A stretch of 64,000 nucleotides of DNA from assembly GCA_964247055.1 (NCBI GenBank), contig OZ176057.1, forward strand, positions 992,001 to 1,056,000, written 5' to 3'. Position numbers and translations under genes: made by a program. Under the pieces are notes generated by a model. That model saw only the letters and a program-made list of their open reading frames with translations. It was not told the origin of the DNA and ran no database searches. Every line of letters begins with the position of its first letter. Within the stretch, counting starts at the first letter, position 1. The DNA is from Paragordius varius (taxonomy: Eukaryota; Animalia; Nematomorpha). Shown piece by piece: positions 38,501 through 50,240 of the stretch.

Positions 38501-41500
38501 CATAAGACTGTAAAATACAAAAATATAACAATTTTTTTAAATTTGTTACCAATTTAATGAACTCATTCAGAGTAATTGCGTAAGAAATATGTATATTACT
38601 AAGATTTTGTGGGCATTTTTTGCATGTGGATTTCTAAATTTTTAGCGGGCCGCACAAGATACTCGGCAAGCCGCGTTGGACACCCGATGAACCAAATGAT
38701 ATATATTATAAAATTAGGGTAAAATTTATGTTTAAGATCCAATATGAAGTGTTAAATGCCCTTTGAAAATGGTTTATTATTTTAATTTTTAATATTTCAT
38801 CCGCAACTAGATTTTTTAAGTTAGCCGCAAATAATGCGAACCATCGACAAAATAAAAAATATTATCTTAAAAACATCTCAAATTCCAAAAATATAATATT
38901 TAAAAATTAAGTCATTAATAGTGCACTGGATTATACTTGGTAAATTGTCATTCAATAATTGTGTTTTTATAAAAAAATAATATCCTAATATTACGCTAAT
39001 AATGGTTAAAAGTTATTATTATTTCTTGTTTTAATATTTACCATCAAAAATAAAACCGTTTTTATTGATTGGGAAAACGTTTTTATTGATTGGGAAAAAG
39101 TTTTTATTGAGTGGGAAAATGTTTCGATTGATTGGGAAAACGTTTCGATTGATTGGGAAAACGTTTCGATTGACTGGGAAAATGTTTCCATTGACTGGGA
39201 AAATGTTTCGATTGACTGGGAAAACTTATTTAGACTGGGAAATGGTATATGTCAGATGCCATTATAGAAAGGAATAACTTTGAAATGTTGTTGAACTTTT
39301 AGAGTCGGTCATCGATCATTAGCGATTTTATGGGAAACGTTTCTCACTCGGTTCTGTCGTAGGCTTTTTGAGATAGTTTTTTTGTATTGACATTTTGGAA
39401 AGTGATTAAATTTCGTCTATCCAACGAATACGTATTCTTTGTCCTCTTTTTCTCTTGCCATTTACTTTTCCAAAGAATGTCCTTGAATAATGTGCCCAGA
39501 GTAACCTAATATATGTTATATTATTTTATCCCGAAGTATTGTTTGTGCGTTAAATTTGTTTACGATGTCGATGTTCTTAATTCTGTCCTTCCATGTTATA
39601 CCAAGTATTTTTCTCCAGCAAAACATTTCGAAAGCGTTTATTCTTTTCTTGTCACCACTTTTAATGGTCCAGCTTTCAGATCCGTATAACATGATAGGAA
39701 ATATTAATGCGTTTATTAGTCGGATTTATGTTTTCTGATTTATATCATGCCATTTTCATATCTTGTAATGTGAGGCTAAGGCGCATTTGGTGATAGATAT
39801 GCGTCTTTTTATTTTTGGGAACTGGAGCTTGAAATGTTGATAATGGTTCCAAGGTATTTGTATTCGTGGACTACTTGAATTGTTTCGTTATTAATCCGAA
39901 GTGAGTCATAGGTATGAGGGGAGTTAATATGTATGTAATATTTTAGTTTTGTTGAGGTTTAATGTTAAATTATATTTTTTGCACACATTTATAAAAGTTC
40001 CGAGATTGTTTTCAAGACTTAGTTGTGAATTTGCTAAGATTATGTGTCGTCCTCCAAATAAATGTTGAACGCACGGGGGATAAAATGCATCCTTAACGCA
40101 TATCTATGTTCATTAGGCTCCATGAGGTTGGGCCATGCGGGGTGTTAAATGATAGATAAGAGTTGGAGTATATGGATTTTTAGTTTGATTAAGTGATCGG
40201 AAATTCCTATTTGCTTAAGGGCTTTCCATAGAATGTCATGTTGAACGGTATTAAAGGCTTTAGAGAAATCCACGAAGCAAAGATATAGTTTATTTTGGAA
40301 TTCACAGTTTTTTTCCATTATCCATCTCCTCTTTTTTCTCTAAAGCCTGCCTGTGTCATTGAGATTTCCGGGTTGGCATATGTTTGTAGACAATTGTAGT
40401 ATTTTTATAAACAATTTCTTTTGAGATTTGTTTGATTAATGCTATTGAGCGGTAATTTTCACATAATTTAGGATCGCCCTTTTTAAATTTTGGAACCACA
40501 AGTAATTTGTTCCAGTCCGCCGACAATGTTGCCTCACTGAAGATTTTTTGGAATAATGAATGAATTAATTTTATGGAAATGTGCCTTTATAGCTCTGTAG
40601 GGATCTCATCAAATCCCTTTGATGAGTGCCTAAGAGTTACAATCAATTTCTTCTTTTAGCATTGGTGGATCGTTAGTTTATTCAAAGTTCATAGCGATTT
40701 TATTTGATTGTTTTCATGAACAAATTTTGCATGTATTCTTCCCAAAGTTTAATTAATTCTTTCTTATCGGTTAGAAGTTTTCGATTAAAGTTATGTCTTT
40801 TTGGATGTTAAAAGCTACTTGTAAGTCATTATAGAACTGTCGCATTCGTTTTCAGTTGAGACACTCGTGAGGGCATAGACTTGATATATTGTTATAGCCT
40901 GGTGTTTCGTGTTAATTCGTAATATAATTCGATAGGAGATAGGTCTATATATATCGATATGTTTGGCGAGATAATTGATATTAAAAAACAACACATTTCG
41001 TTTAAGCTCACCGCCTGTGCTATAAAACGAGTGATTGTCGAATATTTTGTGTGAGTTATGTTGCATATGAATTACTGACATCCGTAACACATGGATGTTT
41101 AAACGTTTAATCTTGCGAATTATTGTATTCAATTTGTTATTTGAACTGCCACATATATTCCATGTCGCCATGTTTATTATTAAATAACGGGAGCTTATTT
41201 CAGGTTCCTTTTATATGGGGATTCGGCATAGTGGTGGTGTATTGGGATTTAAGAATAGCTCAGGCGGTGAGCTCAAACGAAATGGATTCGGTTTTTTAAT
41301 ATCAAATTATCTTGTCAAACATACCGATAGACCTAGCTCAGATCGAATTATATCCTTACGAATTAACACGAAACCCCAGGCTATAACAATATATCAAGTC
41401 TATGTCCCCACGAGTGTCTCACCCAAAGACGAATGCGAAAAGTTCTATAAGGTCTTACAAGGGTGGCTCTCAGAGAAACATCAAAAGACATTCATCATCG

Positions 41501-44500
41501 GTGATTTTAACGCCATCATAGCTAACGATAAAACAGACAAGGTCATTGTTGAAAAAGGACTTGGTAAAGCCAAAAACCCCAGAGGTGAAAGGCTAATTGA
41601 ATCGAAACACATTTTCAAATTCATTTTTCAAACAGCGGCCTAATAGACGCCTTTACACATGGACCTCACCGTGCCGTAAATATAGGAAAACCAAATAGAT
41701 TATATATTGGGGGCATCCAGAGATACAAAAGCTCATTCCAGAACATCCGATGCTATGCGAGCGCTGATTATAATTCGGATTACAACCTTTTGATGACCAA
41801 AATGAAAATAAGGTTACAACATTCACAGCCACAAAAAAACTTTAGCAAAACCAAATTGAACTATAAACTAATACCTTGCAAATTCACTCCAACCATTAAC
41901 GATAAACTTAAATATTTAAACTACGAAGCATTGAACACTGATGACCTTTGGTCATCTATTTACAAAATTAACACTGAAACAGCCAAAGAGACTATACCGC
42001 CTGCCCCAAACAAAAACAGAAAAATCACCATATCACATTAAAGCATTGACTTAAATGTTACGAGAAGAATAGCAAAATCCATTTATGTACAAAAATATTA
42101 ATAATAAACTGCACATAAGATTCGACAAAGAATCTCATTATAATGCAAATTGAAAGATATTCACCCGGGCAAAAAGCAAATATGCAAAGGTCTCATGCCT
42201 CACCCAAATGGAAAACTTCTAACCGATATCCAAGAAATAATTAATCTTTGGGAAGAATATTGGTCAAAACAATCAAATAAAATTGCTATGACAGACGACA
42301 CGGTAATCTTAGGCAACTCACAAACATTAGAAAACAATCCCCAAACTTTTTTTATAAAAGTGTGTAAAAAATACAATCAGGCATTGAATTTCAATAACAA
42401 TAAAAAATTTACATATGACCTCCCCTTATTCCTATGATTCGCCACGGATTAATAACGAAAGAATTCTAACGGAGTACACATACCTTGGAAGCATTATTAA
42501 CAAATTGAGCTCCAGTTCCCAAGAATAGCTATTGGCAAATGCGCTCTAGCCTTACATTAAAAAATATGGAAATCTCTCATGATATAAATCTAAAAACATG
42601 ATTCCGACTAATAAACGTATTAAGATATCCAATCATATTATACAGCTGCCAAAGCTGGACCATTAAAAATGGTGACGAGAAAAGAATAAACGCTTTCGAA
42701 ATGTTTTGCTGGAGAAAAATACTTGGTATAACATGGAAGGACAGAGTTAAGAACACATCGACATAGTAAATAACATTAAACGCACAAACCACACTTTGGG
42801 ATAAAATAATAAAACAAAAATTCGGTTATTTTGGTCACATTATTCGAGGAAATTGTTTGGAAAAGAATATTATGTTAGGAAAAGTAAATGGCAACGTTAA
42901 ATTTCAATGCAAAAACCATCTTAAAAAGCCATGACAGATCCGAGTAAAGGAAGTATTCTTTATAAATCGCTAATTACAAGCTCAAAAATAACCAATATAT
43001 ACCATTTACAATTTAAATTCACCCGGGAACAATTCAAATTCACCCTTGAACAATTTAAATTCAACCTCAAATAAATTATATGTTTTTTAAGATTAAAAAT
43101 TACCTATATTTTAATATATTTTTAAAAAAATAAAATTTTGTTTTAAATTAAAATAATACTAAAAAATAATAAACTATGTCATAAAGATATATTTTTCATT
43201 AATAATAAGTTATATTAGTTCGAAAACATAATTTAATTTTAGGGTAATTTGTATTGTTTAAGAGTGAATTTAAATTGTTCAAGGGTAAATTTGAACTGTA
43301 AATGATATATCATATAAAACAGTTAAAAATTAATAAAAATAATTACCTTTTTACACCACGGCGAAATTCGTATAATCTGGAGCCATCGGTGGTGGAAAAA
43401 ACACGTATAACTGTTCCCTGTAAAAAATTAGATTAAAAAAATTAAATTTAAAAATAATTAATAAATTAATATGGAAATTCGATTAGAATTTAGTATTAAA
43501 TTAATCTTGATATTAATTTACTATTAAAAAATTGTTTTAAAAAATAATAAATTACTTTCTATATAGTTGATAAAATTATAAAAATTAAATATTTAAAAAA
43601 AATAAATTGTTAAAAATGTTATTTTAAAATTAAAATAATTTAAATACTAAAATATTGGCAAAAATAATTTTATGCGTTTTATTTGAAACATTGTAACTTT
43701 GGTTTAGAAAATGAATTATTGAAACTGTGGAAAAATTTGGTTTTTAAAAATAAAATAAATATCAAATTATATGTAATAATCAAAAGTATCTCTTTTAATA
43801 ACAAAAATATATTGATCAATTATATAATAATTTTGGTATGTATAAAACATTTTCATATAAAAAATATTTTATTATTATTTAATTTTTATTTTTTAGACAC
43901 AATGACATTTTGCGATAGTTTTAGACCCCAATGCAATAAACATAGTGTTTTATGAGTTGTTTTGGATTTAACATATTAAACCCTTTATTCTTATATTAAA
44001 TAACAGAAACTAAAAAAATTTACAATTTTTTTAACTTCTGGATCAAATTTACTCAGATAAGTCACGAATAAAACAAACAGGTAATATTAAAATTAATAAA
44101 TATAATATTCAATATTTGCAGGTTTGTTATCTAAAAAGCTTTCAAAATTAATTATTTATATATTTACTCCTATCTACATTTATTTACCTTTTGCATTTCA
44201 GATTTTAAAAAATAAGGAAAAAAATGACGGCAAAAGTGTTTAAGATAACGATTTTTTACCATTTTTAAAACAAATTTTTTGGATGGCTTGAAAGGCTAAA
44301 AAAGCCTTATTTGGTGGAATATTTAAATTTTAAATAACCCTGGGGTATAAAACTACCCCAAAAGGGCATGCATGTTAAGATGAAAACAAAAATTTCTCAT
44401 ATATTTTCGTTGATTTATAATTTTTTGTAAAAATATATTATTTAACCTTTTCAGAAGCGCTGGCTACTAAACCGCCTGTATTATCAAGAGCCAATGCTGA

Positions 44501-44539
44501 AAGTGGATTCTCATGCGCTGCAATTATAGTTATTGGCCG

Positions 44540-44578
<39 letters not shown>

Positions 44579-47500
44579 TTGAACTTTCAAAAAATGGATA
44601 AAAATAACTTATTATGAAAAAATTAAAAATAGCTATAATTTATTATTGAAAAATAAAAAAATAATAATACAGTAATTTTTAACAGATTATAAAGAATACC
44701 TTAAAATTTTACTATTACATCTCAATTAATATTTCTATGCAAACATAAAAATAAATAAATAAATAAGAAAAACACATCATTTTAAAAATAAATTTAAAAT
44801 ATATTTCAAAAATAATTTAAAATTTACCAAATTTATGGCGTCAAAAATTTGAATTTCTCCAAATGTCGATGAACCCGGATATGCGATGTAAGTTGGACCA
44901 TTACATACAGCAGACGATACATTACTATCGTCTGCCTGTGTGTTCGTTGCTATAACGGCAAAATTTATCAAAATCATTTTTGTAAAACTTTGGCAATTAC
45001 AAGTTAAAATTTTATATTATATAATTATATTATTTGTAGAATTATATAATTGGTTGTTAAAGATCTGCAAACAATATTTCTAAATAAAATAGCTATAACA
45101 TAACGGTTGTACAGTTAATATCTTAAAATTTAGATGTAAACAATGAATTAATTCAAGATTCGATTTTCATCTTTAAATTTTATAAAATAAATCCTGGGCT
45201 TAAGATCGAATTCCAATATTATTATAATAATATTAATTATATTTCCTTTAGATAATTTCATTAAATACGAACTGGAAATACAAGAAGTCTAACGTAATTC
45301 ATAGTAAAACAATATAAAATTTAGGTTAAGATGCTAAGAACCAAATTAATTTTAGGAGCTACAAAATATATTTTGTTAAAATTTATTAATGTCTAACTGC
45401 GTAGTTGCTAGACTGGGAGAAAAATTAAAATATTTTTTGAACGCTTACATTATAATTATAATTGCTAAAAATATTTTTGGTTTAAAATATATGATATTAA
45501 CGTATTAGGAAACAAAATATATAATTATTCGGTTGATATCATTTCCTATTAACGTTTTTATGGAAAAAAATTCTTTAATGTTTTAGATAAAAACAAAATT
45601 TAAATAAATCTTGTAACTGAGTATAAAGTAAACCCTGTATGTATAATTGATAAAAAAATGTTAATAATTTATTTTTTAAAAAATTTTAAAACGTAAAAAA
45701 TGTTTATAACCATAACGTATTATTTATGGTTGGGCATCATGTATTTTTAATTTTAGACAAAGTTAAAACTACATTTTTTGAAAATCATATTTAAGGAATG
45801 TTGCAATAATGATTTATTAAGTTTTTAAACTCTTTTATTCGGATCTGATAAGTTTTTAAAACGGTAAAAGTTTAGGTTTGTCAATTTTTATAAAGACAAA
45901 AATACAATAAATTAATCATTTAAGTTGAAATGGTTCTGGTTTGAAAATATTTTTGATGCATAATGTCATAAACGATTAAAATAATCTTTAATTTAAGCTT
46001 GACTGAACTTTGTAGAAATAAAACAGTATCTCTAATAAATTTTTAATCTATAAACTTTTTTACAAAAAAATAGTTTTTCTGATAATTATTCCAAAAATAT
46101 GAAAAAATCGATTTCCATAAAAAATAAGTAACAAATTAAAAAATTTTCTTATATATATAATTCAAAAATTTACAAAGTTTATTAGGAAAACTAACTCTTT
46201 TACAGTCATGCATCCTTTATTTTATCAAAAATTTATTTTTTTTTGGTTATGTATAAATATTTGAGTATAGAAAACAAGAGCTCTATGGTAATTTTTATAC
46301 TATTTAGATGAATATAATATTATTAATACGATAGAGCTCATGTTTTTTCCATTCTTTAACATATATTTATACACAATTAACGAAAAAAAAATAAATTTTT
46401 GATATAATAAAGGATACATGACTCTATATTATGATGAACACCTTAATATTAATTCGTTAATATTTTGCAAATAAACTTAAAATCAACAAGTTATTTATAT
46501 CAATTAATCCCTCATTCAAAGGTTATATTCTTTTGAAATATGACAAAGCATTTGACAATAAACATCATGATTAAAGCAAGAAAAAACGAATATATATATA
46601 TATATGTACCATTTAAACAATATTTACAGCAAAAACTTACCTTTCTGTGGTGTGGTCGTATTTGTGTTTTGTAAAACATTATCAGACATTAAAGCGCCAC
46701 CATCAATGTTTGAAAGGGCATGTTGAGCGATGAAAAAATTTGTGGTTAATGCTAAAATACCCAATGGATTACTGGCAATATCTCGAATAGTGTGGATAAC
46801 TTTCATATCTTTTATACTATGTATGTATATAGTATCCTCCAGGCATACAACTAATCTCTAGACAGAAATAGGGTAGGGTAATTAAAAAATATTTTTAATG
46901 GGTAATATATACCCTTAAACAATTCATATTCACCTTTGAACTATTCAAATTCTTCCTTAAACTATTCATATTCACCTTTGAACTATTCAAATTTTCCCTA
47001 AAACTATTCAAATTCACCCTTAACAATTCAAATAACCCTTGAACAATTCAAATTCACCCTTAAACAATTTGATTTACCCTTGAACAATTCAAATTCAGCC
47101 TAAAAATAAATATCCGTGTTTTATGATATAACTCATTACTAATATGAAATTTTTTACGACATAGTTTATTATTTTTTAACATTATATTAATTTTAAACAT
47201 AAAACATTTTATTATTAAATATAGGTAATTTTTGATCTTAAAAAACATTTTTTTAGGGTGAATATGAATTGTTCGAGGGAAAATTTGCAGTGTTAGAGGG
47301 TTTTATTGTTCAAGGGTGAATTTGAATTGTTCTACCATTTACACCTCAAATTCACCCCGAACAATTCAAATTTATTCTAAAATAAAATACGTGTTTTGAT
47401 ATTAAAAATACCTATATATTTATTTTCAAATGAATTTGTTTAAAATTAAAATATTATTGAAAAATTGAGAGACTATATGCCATAAATAAATAATTCATAT

Positions 47501-50240
47501 AAATTATGAGTTAAATTAGCTGCACGAAAATAGATAATTTATTTTTAGGGTAAATCTGAATTGTTTGAGTTAAAGTGTTCGGGGCGGGGTAATCAAAAAT
47601 TATTTTTTTATTTCATGGTGTAAAAAATCTCCCTTGAAAGATATTAATGGACAGTAAAGATTTAAAAACTATACAAACGTATAAACTAAAAGCAAAATAT
47701 TTGTTTAAAAAGTACAAACTAACTTTTTTTAAACCTAAGTTTTTGAATCAATTACTTACAATGTTAAATGTATAATTGATTGTGTAATCAGTTCACATCT
47801 CAAATGATTGCTTTTTTTATTTAATAGAATAAAATTCAAATGTCTAAAATAAATCCCTATATATTATAAATATAAATTTTATATTATTCGGATATTGTGT
47901 ATTACAAATTATTCATTAGTAATTAAAATATCAAATCCATATTTATATAAATATAAATTTTATATTATTCGGATAATGTGTCTAATAAATTATTTATTAG
48001 TAATTGTTAAAATTGTTTAAAATGCTATTATCATGTTTAAAGGGCAAGCACACAAAAGCAAGCAAATGATAAAATTAATTAAATTTGGCATCCAATTTTT
48101 ATTTGTTAAAAAAAGGTTTGAAAAGTCAATAGTTTATTACCAAATTATAGATGAAGGGTTACTTATTTCACACTATAGTTAGGCAATTTGCAACACACAC
48201 TAGTGTATGGAAATAAACAAAAAAATGTTGAATAAACAATATTTTCCTTTCTTTTTTTCCATCCAATACTCCTGTATTGCATATTGTCCAACTATAGTGT
48301 AAACCATTAAAATAATATACTTCTTTGTAAATGTTAGACTGTAGAAATATCATAATTCAGTAAAAATAGTTTAAAACTCTTAAATAAGTAGCCCAATATC
48401 TATATTTGCATAAAAAATTCCAATGTAAAATGATTGAAATTTATATTGTTTAAAGGTTATAAACTTATTTTCATAATTTCAAATGTGATTAACATTAACT
48501 AACGCATTTTTAAAGATATTAATTTAAATTCTTGTTAAATTTATTAATTTAATTAAATCCAAAATTTTGGATACATGGTAGTATCTTTTTCAATGGATTA
48601 ACTAAAATCAAAAAATATATAATATTGATGTGCAGTAAAAATTGAAATTATACAGTCAAAATGTAAAAATATAAAGATAAAATTATTTTTCAAAAAACAA
48701 CCATATAAAAACATTCAATTACAATCGTTAATATATAATTGATTATGTTACCAAATATCTTTTCTATATTTAGTTTGTGGTTCGATGAGTTTTATTTAAA
48801 AAAGTATGATTATGTCTTTTTACAAAAATATTTGTTTCATTATTTTCAAGTTTTGTCCTTATTATAATTTCAAATTTTACTGTAATAATAATAATATACT
48901 TAAACAAAATTTTTTTTACAAAAAAAATAAATTATATAATAAAATTTTTTACAAAAAAATAAATTATTTACCGCTCGATTAAGACGGATAGATAGGATAG
49001 TGTTGGCATAGTTATAACTGCAAATTTCCGTATTCTTTTTGTAATGATAAACTTTAAGTTTGCGTGGTGCACAGGCTGAAACCAGAACTATTAGGCTACT
49101 TGAAAAAAGCCGCTCAATTATAACCGTGTCTTCCTCTAGAAAAAAAATTTAAAAGTTTGGTAATTAACACTCAACAGTTATTTTCATTTAACAACGTAAT
49201 TTTTTTACCAACACTTTAAGATTATTACATATTTAAATTATACTATAAAAACTTTTTTAACTCAACACTTTTTCATTTATATACGACATACTTTCATTTA
49301 GCAATTTACCCGAACTATATAATTTTTTTAATCAAGCAATTTAATTGATCTAAAAATAATCAGAAAAAAATTTTAAGCATTTAATGTTTAGAAGTATTTT
49401 CGCTTAATTTTTTATAAATTGATGTGTTTTTTAATTCATAAAGTTTTAGGTCTAAAAAAGTATTTTAGAAATCAAACATTTTAGATATTTTAAGAAATAA
49501 GGAAAACGATGAAATAAAATTTAAGATTAGGGAGTTATACATGACTGAAACTTATAACATGTTGAAATGTGATAAATTTTAAAGAGGTTAAAAGTGATCA
49601 GTTTAATAAATATTGTGTAGTTTAAATAAAAAAATGATTTTGATTTGTAAAATATGGAATTTGATTGGAGAAATGTTGTTTTAAATTAAAAGAGTTAAGC
49701 TGTTTCTTTTCAAAAAAGTATTTAAAAGTATATTTTTTCTTATTAATCTTCCTAGTTTTTTATTTCAAAACAGTGTCAAATATTTTATATAAAAATGATG
49801 GGGGAAATTTAATTAAATTATACAAATTCTTTAGCCATTTAGTCCCATATACAAAATTTATGTATATATAAAACATATAATATTTCGAATTTTTTTTGGC
49901 TTAATACTGACAAATTGGTATATAATTTTTTAAGCTAGTTATTGAAGTTAGTGGTGTTTAAATGGTAAAATGTAGGATTTAAGAAATAAATTAAAATGTA
50001 TATATTCATAAATATACATTTATCTAATGTTTTAACAATTAAACCCTAAGTTAAGTAATGGAATGTCAAAGGTTTACTTAATTCGTATATTGGATCAAGT
50101 TGTTTTTCTAAACTGTTTAATGAAAATATTTTCGCTCCATTTTTAGTTCCAATGGCCAATGAACTATAAATTATTTTATCATATTTTACGTTTGCATCTT
50201 GATTAAAACTCACATATCGAATATCCTCCAAATAAGACAT
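28591..50240 (-). CDS. WIPI2/ATG18-like: WD-repeat phosphoinositide-interacting protein (WIPI1/2, Atg18 PROPPIN); complement join(50240..50078,49135..48972,46857..46641,44949..44828,44539..44447,43417..43347,36879..36700,35976..35726,32463..32175,31138..30947,28816..28591), 655 aa
   Basis: Motifs [78 protein letters not shown] (PI3P-binding FRRG), [15 protein letters not shown]...[21 protein letters not shown]. Ten GT-AG introns with consistent phases; 1968 nt. The last exon is the least certain. Confidence 0.92.
30947..31138 (-). CDS. WIPI2-like exon 10 (...[31 protein letters not shown])
   Basis: TTTAG acceptor; GTGATT donor (read-through would stop at TGA 30945-30943). Confidence 0.82.
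31558..32065. mobile_element. Foldback MITE family C (TA|CCATTTGCACTTCAA ends, 21-bp subterminal units); right end of another copy at 1-122
   Basis: Inverted termini; 31960-32065 matches 1-122. Confidence 0.7.
32175..32463 (-). CDS. WIPI2-like exon 9 (Asn-rich loop ...SIRSVCALI)
   Basis: ATTAG acceptor, GTAAGT donor. Confidence 0.82.
34010..35810. repeat. Tandem array of about 8-9 units of about 190-225 bp derived from the 3' end of WIPI exon 8, its donor and the adjacent intron
   Basis: Recurrent CCAATCACGAGATT...TTTATACTTT block; two near-identical 223-bp units (anchors at 34441 and 34664); the terminal unit is the exon itself. Confidence 0.9.
35726..35976 (-). CDS. WIPI2-like exon 8 (...[36 protein letters not shown])
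   Basis: TGTAG acceptor, GTAAGT donor; matches the WIPI YLP...NQ.R.FA region. Confidence 0.85.
36700..36879 (-). CDS. WIPI2-like exon 7 ([30 protein letters not shown]...)
   Basis: TTTAG acceptor, GTAGGA donor. Confidence 0.88.
37853..39245. mobile_element. About 1.4-kb foldback element (family B) with about 450-bp inverted arms carrying 21-bp AAACGTTTTCCCAGTCAATCG arrays; hAT-like MITE nested at about 38406-38688
   Basis: TA|CCATTTCCCAGTC...GACTGGGAAATGG|TA ends; arms 37853-38310 and 38825-39245 are near-perfect reverse complements; the centre has GGGGTGTCTAAC...GTTGGACACCC hAT-like ends. Confidence 0.85.
39300..41171 (-). mobile_element. Defective RTE-like LINE (APE endonuclease plus reverse transcriptase), minus copy in WIPI intron 6
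   Basis: MATWNI (EN start), [47 protein letters not shown], and a C-terminal RWIDEI/AYDR region; frameshifted. Confidence 0.88.
41255..42990 (+). mobile_element. Defective RTE-like LINE, plus copy back-to-back with the minus copy
   Basis: [33 protein letters not shown]-like, [48 protein letters not shown]. Confidence 0.88.
43347..43417 (-). CDS. WIPI2-like exon 6 ([23 protein letters not shown])
   Basis: ACAG acceptor, GTAATT donor, FRRG motif. Confidence 0.93.
44447..44539 (-). CDS. WIPI2-like exon 5 ([31 protein letters not shown])
   Basis: TAAG acceptor after (TA)n, GTTAAA donor. Confidence 0.9.
44828..44949 (-). CDS. WIPI2-like exon 4 (...[22 protein letters not shown])
   Basis: TATAG acceptor (only phase-compatible one), GTAAAT donor. 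Confidence 0.85.
46641..46857 (-). CDS. WIPI2-like exon 3 ([24 protein letters not shown]...)
   Basis: CTAG acceptor, GTAAGT donor. Confidence 0.9.
46910..47345. mobile_element. Family A foldback MITE with left-arm 21-bp array (about 9 units)
   Basis: Repeats of TTGAACAATTCAAATTCACCC and variants at 46910-47100. Confidence 0.75.
48972..49135 (-). CDS. WIPI2-like exon 2 ([16 protein letters not shown]...SIRLNRA)
   Basis: CTAG acceptor, GTAAAT donor. Confidence 0.92.
50078..50240 (-). CDS. WIPI2-like exon 1 ([15 protein letters not shown]...PIYEL)
   Basis: ATG at 50240, GTAAAC donor, phase 1. Confidence 0.85.

Noticed and set aside
37685-39277. Repetitive ORFs (SQSKRFP, FPVNRN, LTGKMF) on both strands
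   Set aside because: They come from the 21-bp arrays in the arms of foldback family B.
39300-42990. Twin-priming 5' inversion of a single LINE
   Set aside because: Both arms contain EN and 3' terminal regions, so they overlap extensively rather than being complementary halves of one insertion.
50164-50189. Apparent 26-nt GT...AG micro-intron in WIPI exon 1
   Set aside because: Removing it shifts the frame; the segment reads through in frame (VKYDKIIYS).
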